A DNA stretch of 61,546 bases, counting the filler. It is 9 parts of 9 records of this genome, joined end to end, with 100 filler letters (N's around TTAATTAATTAA, not from the genome) between each part and the next. Parts side by side here need not be neighbours in the genome. Positions count along the whole stretch, not along the records: positions 42,640 to 48,508 come from SRR7504441_6468; positions 48,609 to 57,355 come from SRR7504441_6513; 7 more parts are not named here. One strand, given 5' to 3'. Within the stretch, counting starts at the first letter, position 1. Every line of letters starts with the position of its first letter. The notes beneath the pieces were generated by a model that was not told where the DNA came from, ran no database searches, and worked only from the letters and a program-made list of their open reading frames with translations. The translations under genes were made by a program, and so were the position numbers. Below, piece after piece: positions 46,383-56,560 of the stretch.

Positions 46383-46498
46383 CCCGTGCGTGGATTCGGT
46401 TAGGCTGACGGGATGTGATCGTGATGACCCCCACTCCTTTTTAGGGCAGTTGCCCGTCACGATCACATCCCGGCAGCCTAACCGAATCCACGCACGGG
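46383..46498. promoter_or_regulatory. 42-bp inverted repeat between divergent paralogs (putative palindromic bidirectional promoter/5' UTR)
   Basis: 46383-46424 is the reverse complement of 46457-46498 at 41/42 positions, with a 32-nt spacer. The repeat is seen directly; its function is inferred. Confidence 0.85.
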
Positions 46499-46525
46499 TG
46501 AGATTGGCGCAACCCGAGGAACAAC

Positions 46526-48466
46526 ATGTATCGGGGCGCAGGGCTACTCGTGCTCCTGGCGGTGCTCGGGGCGGGCGTGCTCATCGAGGAAGATTCGCCG
46601 TTGCCGGAGACCGAGCTACGGCCCACCCAGCTGTTGGCCGCGGAATCGCATGATTTGGCGCGCAAGATCGATGTTGACCAGATGCTGCAGCGGGAGCGCA
46701 GCCAGAGCGAGAAGCGGTACCACAGGCTCGAGGCCGAGAAGCACAAGATGAAGGACGAGAAGAGGCACGCCCGGAAGGCGTATCATCACTGCCGCAAGGA
46801 CATTCGGCACGAGTACCACAAGTGCCGGAGAGCGCTCAAGCACCGGAGCGGTCTGAACAGCCACTACTGTGCCCCGTTCAAGAAGGCGCTCGGCTCGGAG
46901 CTGCTCCAGGTGGTCAACCCGGCCGAGATAGCCGCCCGGGCCGCCAGCCGGATCAAGGCAATCGAGCAATCCGACGGTGTGACGCCCGAGGAGCAGGCTG
47001 GCGGTATCGCTCATACTGATGACGAGGATGGTGTCGCCGAGACTGAACTGATGCAGAGGGGCCGCCGTCGCCGCCGTCGACGCCGCCGCCGTCGACGCCG
47101 CCGCCGTCGCAGGCGCCGCCGTCGCAGGCGCCGCCGCCGTCGTCGTTGGCGGCGAGCTCACAGAAGAGAGCGTCGCGAGAAGAGGCGGGCGCGACACAGA
47201 GAGCGGCGTGATAAGCGGCGAGAGCACCGGCGTGAACGGCACGAGAAGAGGCACGAGAGGCATGAAAAGAAGAGGGAGAGACGACACAAGAGGCGAGCGG
47301 CGCGCAAGGAAAGGCACAAGAAGAAGAGGGAGCAGAGGAAGGAGCGGCGGCACAAGAGGCGAGCGCACCGGAAGGAACGGCGGCACAAGCGGAAGCACTG
47401 GCGGAAGGAGCGGCGGCACCTGCGGCACGACCTTCGCAGGGCCAAGCGGGATGCGATGAGGCAATGCAAAAAGGTCTGGAAGAAGGCCAAGGCCAAGTAC
47501 AAGAACTACAAGCACCAGCTTCGGGAGGCTCGATTCGCGGTCAAGATTATGCCCAAGGTCGTGAAGATGCTTATGCCAATCCTGCACAGCCAGCTCTCCA
47601 AGATGGCGATCAACCAACCGAACCGCGCCGGGATACCGGGGGCTACAAAAGTGCTGCAATCGATGCCACAAGTCGAGAAGGAGACAATTGCTCTGTTGGA
47701 GGAGATGGTCAGGCTCCAGATCGCCAAGGTGGTGAACTCTGCACTGGACGATCTGTTCAAAGGACTGAAGGACCTGCTATGGGACGCAGTCGGTGCCCTG
47801 GTGGACTCGCTCGAGGATACGCTGGTCACATCACTCGGGGAGATCCCGTTCGTTGGAGGCATTTTGGCTGGAATGGCATATGATGTCGTTTCAATGGTCT
47901 ATGGGGTGGTCAAGGACGGAGTGAATGCCGGACTGGACACGATCCAGGCCAAGCTGAGCTCTTTCATCGTCAAAGCACTATGCAAGGTCGCATTTGGTCC
48001 AATCGAGATGTTAGCCGGGCCCGCCGTTCAGGAAGCCGCTCAAGGTGCAGACGGCGTGCTCAGCGATGTGGCCAACAAGACAGCAACTGGCTGGTCAAAT
48101 ATGCACCAGAAATCGGCGCCGGAGGCAGACAAGGCCAAGAAAGATGTCGTCAGCGAGGGCTATGCTGAGCAGACAGACTACGACGCAGATGATGACGATG
48201 ACGAGCAGACCGAAGAGCAAGAGGACCAAGCAGATGACACAGAAGAAGACGAAGAGCTGCTGCAAGGGACACAGGACGACTCTGGTGAAGAATCTGGTGA
48301 AGAAGCTGATGAAGGCGAATCTGATGAAGACAGCTTTTACGACGACACAGTTCTGGAAGCTGATGAAGACGAATCTGATGAGACGAGCCTTCTGGAAGAT
48401 GATCGTGAAGAGCAGGACTCGGAGCAATTTCTGGGCCGTGATTACATTGTTGCTGAGGCTCTGTGA
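46526..48466 (+). CDS. Secreted polyampholyte protein, paralog B (intronless)
   Basis: Signal MYRGAGLLVLLAVLGAG; shares EKRYH.L.AEKH, CAPF, CKK.WKKAKAK.K.YKH.LR.AR.AVKIMPK and SLGEIP..GG.LA with paralog A; poly-Arg and R/H/K/E tract; long acidic tail. Confidence 0.88.
   Translation: MYRGAGLLVLLAVLGAGVLIEEDSPLPETELRPTQLLAAESHDLARKIDVDQMLQRERSQSEKRYHRLEAEKHKMKDEKRHARKAYHHCRKDIRHEYHKCRRALKHRSGLNSHYCAPFKKALGSELLQVVNPAEIAARAASRIKAIEQSDGVTPEEQAGGIAHTDDEDGVAETELMQRGRRRRRRRRRRRRRRRRRRRRRRRRRRRRWRRAHRRERREKRRARHRERRDKRREHRRERHEKRHERHEKKRERRHKRRAARKERHKKKREQRKERRHKRRAHRKERRHKRKHWRKERRHLRHDLRRAKRDAMRQCKKVWKKAKAKYKNYKHQLREARFAVKIMPKVVKMLMPILHSQLSKMAINQPNRAGIPGATKVLQSMPQVEKETIALLEEMVRLQIAKVVNSALDDLFKGLKDLLWDAVGALVDSLEDTLVTSLGEIPFVGGILAGMAYDVVSMVYGVVKDGVNAGLDTIQAKLSSFIVKALCKVAFGPIEMLAGPAVQEAAQGADGVLSDVANKTATGWSNMHQKSAPEADKAKKDVVSEGYAEQTDYDADDDDDEQTEEQEDQADDTEEDEELLQGTQDDSGEESGEEADEGESDEDSFYDDTVLEADEDESDETSLLEDDREEQDSEQFLGRDYIVAEAL
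47063..47146 (+). repeat. Coding poly-arginine tract (28 Arg)
   Basis: 28 consecutive Arg codons mixing CGC, CGT, CGA and AGG. Confidence 0.9.
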
Positions 48467-48508
48467 AGAAGGATACAAGAGTAATACAAGAAACTGACTG
48501 CTCTACCA

Positions 48509-48608
48509 NNNNNNNNNNNNNNNNNNNNNNNNNNNNNNNNNNNNNNNNNNNNTTAATTAATTAANNNNNNNNNNNNNNNNNNNNNNNNNNNNNNNNNNNN
48601 NNNNNNNN
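48509..48608. other. Artificial contig-joining linker
   Basis: N-run + TTAATTAATTAA + N-run. Confidence 0.98.
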
Positions 48609-48838
48609 CGCAGCGCATCGGCCTCGCGCACCGCGGCCGCGGCCTGGGCTTGCGCCTGGCCAAGCTCGGCAGTGAGCCGCGCCACTTCTGGCACAGTCTG
48701 GTTGGTCTGCTGCGGCGCTGCCTCGGCCCCCTCCCCCAGCCTAGCGGCATCCGGGCCCGGGCATAGCCCAGGCTCGCTTGCCAGGGAGAGCATGGCTTCA
48801 CGGAACGCCTGGTGCGACTGTCGGGCCGAATCAAGCAT
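48609..48838 (-). CDS. Probable 5' fragment of a coiled-coil protein divergent from the Schlafen gene
   Basis: MLDSARQSHQAFREAML...EVARLTAELGQAQAQAAAAVREAD is open into the linker. Confidence 0.4.
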
Positions 48839-48925
48839 CACGCCCTGGCGTATATACTGGCGGCCCTGCGCCAGGGGACGGGTGATCATTGTTCAAACGG
48901 CTTTCACAACACCAGTCGGCTCCCC

Positions 48926-51900
48926 ATGGCTGGAGAGCGGAATCCGAGCCAGCCCTGGGCCCAGATCCGGCGGATGGGCAGCTTCTGCAGCTGCGGGGTG
49001 CCCGAGTGCACGATCTGCTTCCCGGGCCCTCCGGCGTCTGGCTCCTCCAAACGGAGCAAGGGCCGGCCGCGCGGGCAGACACTCGACTCGCTCCGGACTG
49101 TCTACTCGGCCTGTGGCCAGTCCAATCGCGTGATTGACATGCAGATCAAGATCAAACGGAGGCAGGCCCGAATACGCCGCTCGCCAGGGGCCAAACCGGA
49201 CCTGGAGCAGTTCTCTGTAGAGCTAGCCATGAGTGCCACCGTCTCGGTCCGCCCGAGCGCTAAGCTGGCCGAAATACGGCGGGAGATCTCCTCACAGCTG
49301 GATCTGCCCGACGCGTGCGCCTGCCTGCGGCCTGGCAGCACGGCTGGGCCAGGTACTGCTTCCTGCACCCAGACACCGAGCTGCCGATCTCGCGCGCGCA
49401 GGAGGAAATGGACAGCGCCGCACGGGCCCGTGACTTCTGGCCAGACCGGGGGCTGCCCAACATGATGGTGCTCGTGGCGGCTGGTGGCGGCGGCAGTGCG
49501 GGGCAGATCTTGATCGAGGGCTACATCGAGGGCGAGGTCATGCAGCTGCGCGAGTCGCGCTCAGTAGAGTTCAAATCGCTGGCTGAGCCGGTCAGGCGTG
49601 GGACTAAGACCGCGCGCGAGACAGTGCTGGCGATCATCGACCGAGGTTACATTAACGCATTCCTAAACTCGGATGGTGGTGTGCTCTACTTCGGAGTGGA
49701 GGATTCAGGCGAGGTGCGCAGTCGGATGAGTAACGGCTCGCTGGTGGCGTTTACAGTCAAGGAGCTTGACCAGATTGCGCTGATGATAGACTCAAAGATC
49801 AAGCAGTACGACCCTCCAGTGGACGACCACCTGGTTCGGATCAACTTCACCCCGATTGGTGAGCCCAGCTCACGGCTGGCCTGATCCGCTGGACCCAGTC
49901 GGGACCGGGTGTGAGCTGGTGGCCGAGCCTGGGGCGGCCGGGGAGGGCCCGGTGGAGCCTGCGCGGCGGCCATATGTGATTGAGGTGTGTGCGTCCGCGT
50001 GGATTGCCTGAGCGTGACCAGGTGCATGTGGAGCCTGGGGCACACCCGGTGTACTTTATGGATAAAATGAGCAAGGCGGCCTACCACCGGCTCAACTCGA
50101 GCAAGGCGCCTCTCCCGGCGGCAGGCGGCTGAGTGGAAGAGGCCAGGCCGAGATGCCAGAGAAGCTTGTTCAGTCTAGGATGGCGCTAGCTCAGAAGGAG
50201 TTTCCAGACACCCGGTACCAGACCGGGGACATGGGCTGGCGTCAAGTGCTCCCGGAACCGGAGATGTTTATCCCGGTCATAAAGGGCACAAAGAGCGCTG
50301 ATGCGTTTGTGGGGCGGGGCTGGCTCTGGGATAAGGTGGGCTCGATCGGTTCGGCTGGCTGATTGTGCGGGCAGGTTGAGCGGTTTGTGTCTGACGCGGA
50401 GTGCTCCTGCGTGGTGATCACTGGCAGCGCCGCCACGGGCAAGACCTCGATAGTCAAGCAGGCAGGCGGCAGAACGGCGGCTGCTGATCGATGTTCAGGT
50501 GGTCTGCCAGCTCGAGAGATGGTTGCTGCAGCCCAATGCGGCTGAGCGAGTGCAGGAGCGCAAGCGGAGGGCCCGGGCTCACCGGGGCGGGCGCGCCAGC
50601 CCGCCTGAGGACTCGAGGCCAGTGAATACAGGGCTGTCCAGTCGGAGCAATGAGCGATACAAAGTTCTTTGCTACCACTTCTCGCAGCCGGAAGGCGAGG
50701 AGCCCGAGCCAGGCTGGTGGGTGCGAAACTTGGCTTCACAATCAGCAGACATGGTGAGCTTCCCTTTGGGCGAGCTGTGGCTGACAGGCACTTGGCAGTT
50801 GAGGTCGTACCGAGTGGCTCTGGCGCAGAATAGGCGAGCAACGCAGTGTCTGCAGGTGGAAAAGTGCAATGTGAACCCGATTCGGTCGCTTGAAGTTGGG
50901 TTGCTCGATCTGCTTGCACAGCTCGAGGCGCCCAACCAGACCTACTTGATGGTGAGCTGGCCCTGCCACCGGCTCCCAGTATGGTCACAGGTGATTGACC
51001 ACACCAGCCACATCAACGTGAGTGAGCTGCTGATGGGCGCGATCAGTCGGTTTCCCAAATGGCTTAAACTTGTCATCACCACCACGCCCAACGAGCTGGC
51101 GATGGCTACAGCTGCCGTGCAGGGCAACAGGGGCATGTGGCGGTCGATTGAGCTAGATAGCTCAGAGCCGCATATTGTAGACGACATGGTGCCGGCTTCC
51201 AGCTGTGCCAGCTCTAACTGTGTCTCAATGCAGATGAAATACGTGCAACAGAAGATCGACAGGCAGAACTTGTCGTACGGATTCGAGGCGCTCGAACAGC
51301 GCGCACAAAGTAGCAGTCCACGGTCGTCCAGTCCGCTAATCCGAGCGCCGAGCGACGACTTGAGGATCTTGTGCGAGCGGAGCCGTGGGAACTACGCTTA
51401 CGTGGAGTCTGCAATCAAGCTTATTCTGGCCAGTGGGAGCTCGGATGTCGGACAGGGGCTGAGTTTGCAGTCGTACATCAAGTCTGCATGTGGGGGTGAA
51501 ATGACTGGTGAATGACTGGCTGGTGGATAGGCGGATGATCTGGCGTTGCAGGAGCCACAATGAACTTACTTCAAGTGCTCCTGGCCGCAAGGCGGCCACT
51601 GACGGCTGCGGATCTGGCTCAAACGCTTGGGCTCAGCAGTGCTGGGAGGCTCGACCAGGATACAGAGACAAAGGTGCACTTGTTGACCAATCAGCTCGGT
51701 CCGCTAGTGACCTGGGAGGAATCCGGGTGCAAATGGGCGAATGCTTGGTGCTAGATTCATTGCTTTGGGTCTGATCTGTCCACAGGATGCCACAATGGCT
51801 CCGGGACTTCTTCAAGGAGACGAGCGGTGCCGCCGCCCTCGGGCACTGCGCGTGACGTACTTTCAGATGGGGCCTCAGAGATATCTGAGGCAATGGGGCA

Positions 51901-53134
51901 CATGAGACTAGCCACTGCTTTCCTGAGGAGCGCCTCATCTCTGGAGAGTGCGATCCGTGGCTGGCTCAAGGAAGATTACGCGGTGAACAGTGGCACCTAG
52001 GGCGATTCTTAGAGTCGTGCACGTAGGTGGATTCCGGGGTTGAGCAAAGGTCTAGCGATTGGGACCACCACGACACGGTGTATGAGATTGTGTGGCACCT
52101 GGCGGCTTGCAGGTTGCTGCTCAGCCTAGCAGTAGGGTCAGTAGCCGGCTGCAGGAAAGGCACCATAGAGGCTCGGGCTGAAGCTGTCAAGGCATCGGTA
52201 GGGGACCGGCTGGATGCACCAAACCGGCACGGCTCCACAGCGCTGCACAGGTGGGCTTCTGGATTGTCCGTTTGAGCGAGGGGACGGCAGGGCATGTGCC
52301 AAGGGACACGACGAGATGGCATGCATTTTAATAGCAGCCAAAGCCGACCCAATGGCCGCCACAAGGGATGGCAGCACTCCTTGCCATGGTGCATAGATAA
52401 AGTGCCGCAGCGTGCTCAGCCACAGTCGGGCAGTTGCGGCGCACAGAGGCCACCACCAGGTGCTCCGCCGCCTTCTGGTGACAGCCGGCCAAGGAGCGCC
52501 GGCCGAAGCAGGTGCTGAGCTAGGCGGGAAGTGGCGCGGTTGACTGTGGACAGGCTTGCTGGATGACCCGCTTCACACACCGCTCATGAGGGCAGCGGAG
52601 AAGGGGCAGTTAGAGTGTGTGACAGCGTTGCTCGAGCACCCACATACACTGGCTCAGATGAATGCCGCACTAGCCTCTGCGGTCCGACACGGCAGGGACC
52701 AGCTGATCGAGTTGCTTTGTAACGCCAAGGCCGACCCGTGTGCAGTTCACACCCGGGGTGCGCTGGCTCGAGGCAATCATCCTGACAGACTGTGTGCAGG
52801 CCAGACTTGTTTGCATATTGCGGCCAGCCACGGCTACACTCGCTGTGTTGGGGCACTACTAGACGGCAAGGCCGACGCATCCCTGCAGATGCTTGATGAT
52901 TTGGGCTGCACCCCTCTCGCCTGTGCCACTAAGTCCAATTGCGGTAGCAAGTTTACGCGCCTTCTCGAGTGCAATAACGGGAAAATGCGAGGCAGAATGC
53001 GGAGTAACGTGTCGTGGGACTGGTCTCGAGTGGTCCATCTGCTTGGCAGCGAAACAAAAGACCCGGGTGCACCGGCCGAGTACGACGTCCCGCTTATACC
53101 GCTAGTCCGGTCTCGGAGCCGCTCGTTTGCCTGA
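48926..53134 (+). CDS. Ubiquitin-like + Schlafen/AlbA_2 + NACHT/STAND-like P-loop NTPase + ankyrin-repeat protein, about 18 introns
   Basis: AlbA_2: RESRSVEFKS..YINAFLNSDGGVLYFGVED..YVIEVHV..AYHRLNSS. NACHT-like: FVGRGWLW, ITGSAATGKTS, LCYHF, FPKWLKLVITT, SRGNYAY, LLAARRPLT, GHMRLA. ANK: GSTALHRAC..GH, GSTPCH.AAHRGH, TPLMRAAEKGQ, GQTCLHIAASHG. A continuous frame was reconstructed with introns of about 37-45 nt. Start at 48926 or 48974. Confidence 0.82.
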
Positions 53135-53356
53135 AAACGAGTCGACCAGCACTATAGTTGGAACTGCCCTATGTACACCAATTGAAAGATGTAAAGCGCT
53201 TATACCGGCTACATTCATGAATGCGGAGGGGGCTTGGGCATTCAGGTCTACAGCGGGGCAGCCACTGTGCCAAGGGCTTCCCTTTCAGTGCCGTTGAACT
53301 TCGGATTGTGTGCAAACTGCGCCACAGGCAGCACCACTGCACAGTCTGCAGCGCCG

Positions 53357-56199
53357 ATGGTGCTCTCGGAGATGACCGATTACCGTGGCGAGCCGATCAC
53401 ACCGGCAGACGACCCAGTCACGCTGGTGTGCGGCACAGTCTACCCCCGGAGGATCATCCTGCCGCTCTGGAAGAAGCAGCACCGCGAGATGACTGGCAAA
53501 GACGACATCAACTCGGAGTCGGCCTTCTACTGCGCCGTCTCTGGGGTGACCACCCCGCTCCCGCACGGCGCCCGGTCGCTGTGGGGCAACATCCGGCTGC
53601 GACACAACGTCGAGCAAGCCCAGAAGAAGCGGGCAGCCCCGCGGTCCCCGTCGCCCAGCTCGCCCACCCGCCAGGCCCTAACCAGCTCAGACCTGGCCCG
53701 GACCGGCGGGGCGATCAGCCCGCCGCACTCGCCGGGACTGGGCGCGCCGGCGCCGGTGGGCGAGGGTGGCGAGACGCCTGTAATGTGCTTTCGGCGGGGG
53801 GATGCATTCGTTCCAGTGGAGCAGGAATACAACTCCAAGCGGGCCAGCCTGGGGACAGTGCTAGTGCGGGCCGACCATCACGCCAAGAATCTGGCCAACA
53901 CGATGGCCGCGATGGTCGCGCTGAGGGATGACGTCCAGGCCGAGTACCACGCGATTGCGAAAGACGTGCGGGTGAGGATGAAGGAGCTCCGGTCGATATT
54001 AGAGCTAAAGGAGGCGGCGCTGCTGCTCGAACTGGACCAAGTGCGGAGCAGCAAGACCCAGTTGCTGAGCAAGCACGCCAGCCGCTGCCGCGAGGACATG
54101 GAGCAAGTGCAGAGCCTCTCCGGTGGGCTGGTCAGGCTGCTCGACACAGAGCGCGACCCGAACACCTTCCTGGCAGAGTCGATGCTGCCCGAGACTGCGC
54201 TGCGCGGGCTGCTCGACCAGCCCACCGCTGTCGAGGTCCCTGACTGCCAGGTCCGGCCTCCCGCCGCCAAGCCTGAGCTGTGCACCAGCCGGAGTTTGGT
54301 CTTGGCTTAGACGGTGGCGCGACTGCAGCCGCCATACAGAACCTAGGCTTCCAGACCAGCCGGGTGCGGTACTCGCCGCACCGCGCGCGCTCGGCCCCAG
54401 CTCAGCTGCTCGACGCGCCGGACGAGGTGAGATTAGGAGTGTCTAGCTCGCTCGGCCGCCCGGAGTGTCTCAGGAGTCGGGTGCTGGCGGGCTGCGGCTG
54501 TGCCACACTCCCACCTGTGCCTGACATCTGGTGTGCCCCGCGGCAGCTGGCGTTCGACTTCACCATGGCCCTCGAGACCTCGCTCGAATCTTGGAATGCC
54601 GACTCTGCGCAACGAGGCAACGTGATTGGTGCACTCGCCACGTACGCAGGCGTGCAAGGTGCTCCAGCTCATGGCTGGTCAGGCCAGCCCGGGGGCGCAG
54701 GCGACAAGGTGCAGCTGCTCAGCTCGCGGGCCGGCTCGGTGATCGCGGACTTCTCTGTAATGAGCTCTGAGCGTCAGAGGGATGAAGTTCTGGCTAGTTT
54801 GGTCAAGATGCGGCAGCGGGCTGAAGCTGGCACGCTCAACCTAGCGAGCATCCCCGTGCTCTCGATGACCGCCCCGCAGGAGCGCTCGCTCAAGGCGCCT
54901 CGGTGGGCCAGCGGGCTGCGAGCTGGGGCAGGTGAAGGCTGTTGAACATACCTCCAACCGTGCTGCTGAGAACACGCTGGCCATGATCCTCAATCAGAAT
55001 GCGAGTGGGGCGCTGGCTAACTCGGCTGCGGCGGGGCATACCGCCGAGCGGGCCCAGTCTGGCGACGGGGTGGAGCTTGTGGTCGGGGTGGACGAGCTGT
55101 GGAGTGAGGACAAGTCGCTCTGTCTGGTTGTCAAGGAGCTACGCGATGGGGTTCTGTTTGAGGTCTGTGCACGTTGGCTGGTCAGCCTGAGCAAGGGCAG
55201 GTGTCCAACCTGGGCCAACGGGCGGCGATGGTCGGGGTGAGCTGCTCTGGGGAGAACCTCAACGTGCTTGAGGCTAAAGCGATGGTGCCTGGTGGCACTC
55301 GCACGCACAGGATCGGCAGGACTCGCCCAGCGGTCCTGCCCCTGCAGGCCGCTAGCTGAGCTGCGGGGCAGGACGCCGACAAGCCATGGACCTTCTCGTA
55401 CGACTGGACGGACGAGTCCACCGAGCTGGAGGTGGCCGGCTCGCAGCTGCTGAGCAAGGAGGAGTCCCTCGAGGCAATACAGAAGCAGCTCGAGGAGAAG
55501 CAAGCGGCCAAAGACTCGGCGGTCCAGAGCGAAGGGTTCCTCGAGGCCGCCCGGCTCAAGAAAGAGATCGATACGCTCGAGAAGGAGCAGCAGCGGGTGG
55601 CGGCGATGGAGGACAGCCCGGACATCGCTAAGGCGCTCGAGCAGCTTGAGCAGAAGAAGCAGAGCCTGATTAGCGAGGAGAATTACCTGGCTGCTGAGAA
55701 GGTGAAGATGGAGATTTACGACCTGCAGGCCTTGCTCCCGGCCGGATCGCCAGCCCGGGAGAGGTCGCCCTCGCCGGAGCCCGGCATGGTGGATACTAGC
55801 GTTTGGGCCACCAGCTGCATACTGGACCTCGACTACACTCGATACAAGCCGGACAAGACTGAGTTAAAGATGGTCGAGTCGCTCGCTGGCCGGCTGGGCG
55901 TGCCAACCGAGTGTGTCTCTGTGGCCGGCACACGGGTGTCGGTCCGAGGACAGCGGCCGAACGGCGAGTCGCGCCAGGCGGGGCTGGAGCTGGACCACGA
56001 GCCGCCTGCAGGGTCTCTGCTGCTTGATTTTGTGGTGCAACTGCCATCGGATTGGACCTCGGGAGCAGCTCGGTCAGTGGTCGTGACCCTGCGCGGTCTG
56101 CGCAACGAGGCACGCAAGGGGCATCTGACGATTAATAACTTGCTGGTGTTTGAAATGACCGAGCCTATACCACCAGGGGCTCCACAGCCAATAGAGTGA
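53357..56199 (+). CDS. U-box/RING-like + coiled-coil (TRIM-like) protein with repeated SEA-like modules and two UVR motifs, multi-intron
   Basis: DDPVTLVCGTVYPRRII..W...CAVSG...L.GNIRLRHNVE (U-box-like); BBC-like coil; two AGS(V/L)..DF.V modules; UVR-like AVQSEGFLEAARLKKEI and LISEENYLAAEKVKMEI. Confidence 0.6.
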
Positions 56200-56560
56200 G
56201 AGACTGAGTTGAGACCACGCTCAGTGCTTCTTCTCAACTAATTTTGAGCGGAGACGCCAGCGATCTATAAGAACTATAAGGAAGCTGCAGCACGCAGCTC
56301 CCAGCCAGCATTGTTCACACGTTTAATCAATTGATCAATCAAGAAATTGTCAATGAGACAGAGATTGATGCGTAAAGGAGTCACACCGACAAACCACCTC
56401 GAGCACCGGTCCGGTCCTTGTCGGCGTGCGTAATGAAATATAATTGCATTTCTAATTTTAATATCTGAGTAAAATCTCGTTGTACTAGGAAGCTCACCTT
56501 CTGGGATAGCAAGCCGGAGAGAAGCCTATCTATGGAGCCTATATGGAACTCTAGTTAGGA

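Noticed and set aside
47063-47450. Stand-alone protamine gene or non-coding microsatellite
   Set aside because: The tract is in frame inside a 646-aa signal-peptide protein whose flanks align with paralog A.
1579-47671. Many long overlapping or antisense ORFs (e.g. 1579-2376, 25770-26900, 41143-42201, 46616-47671)
   Set aside because: Shadow ORFs expected in high-GC coding DNA; the opposite strand carries the recognisable protein.
7238-53000. Uniform intron length suggesting Introner transposons
   Set aside because: The introns inspected share no extended sequence similarity, TIRs or TSDs with each other beyond splice signals.
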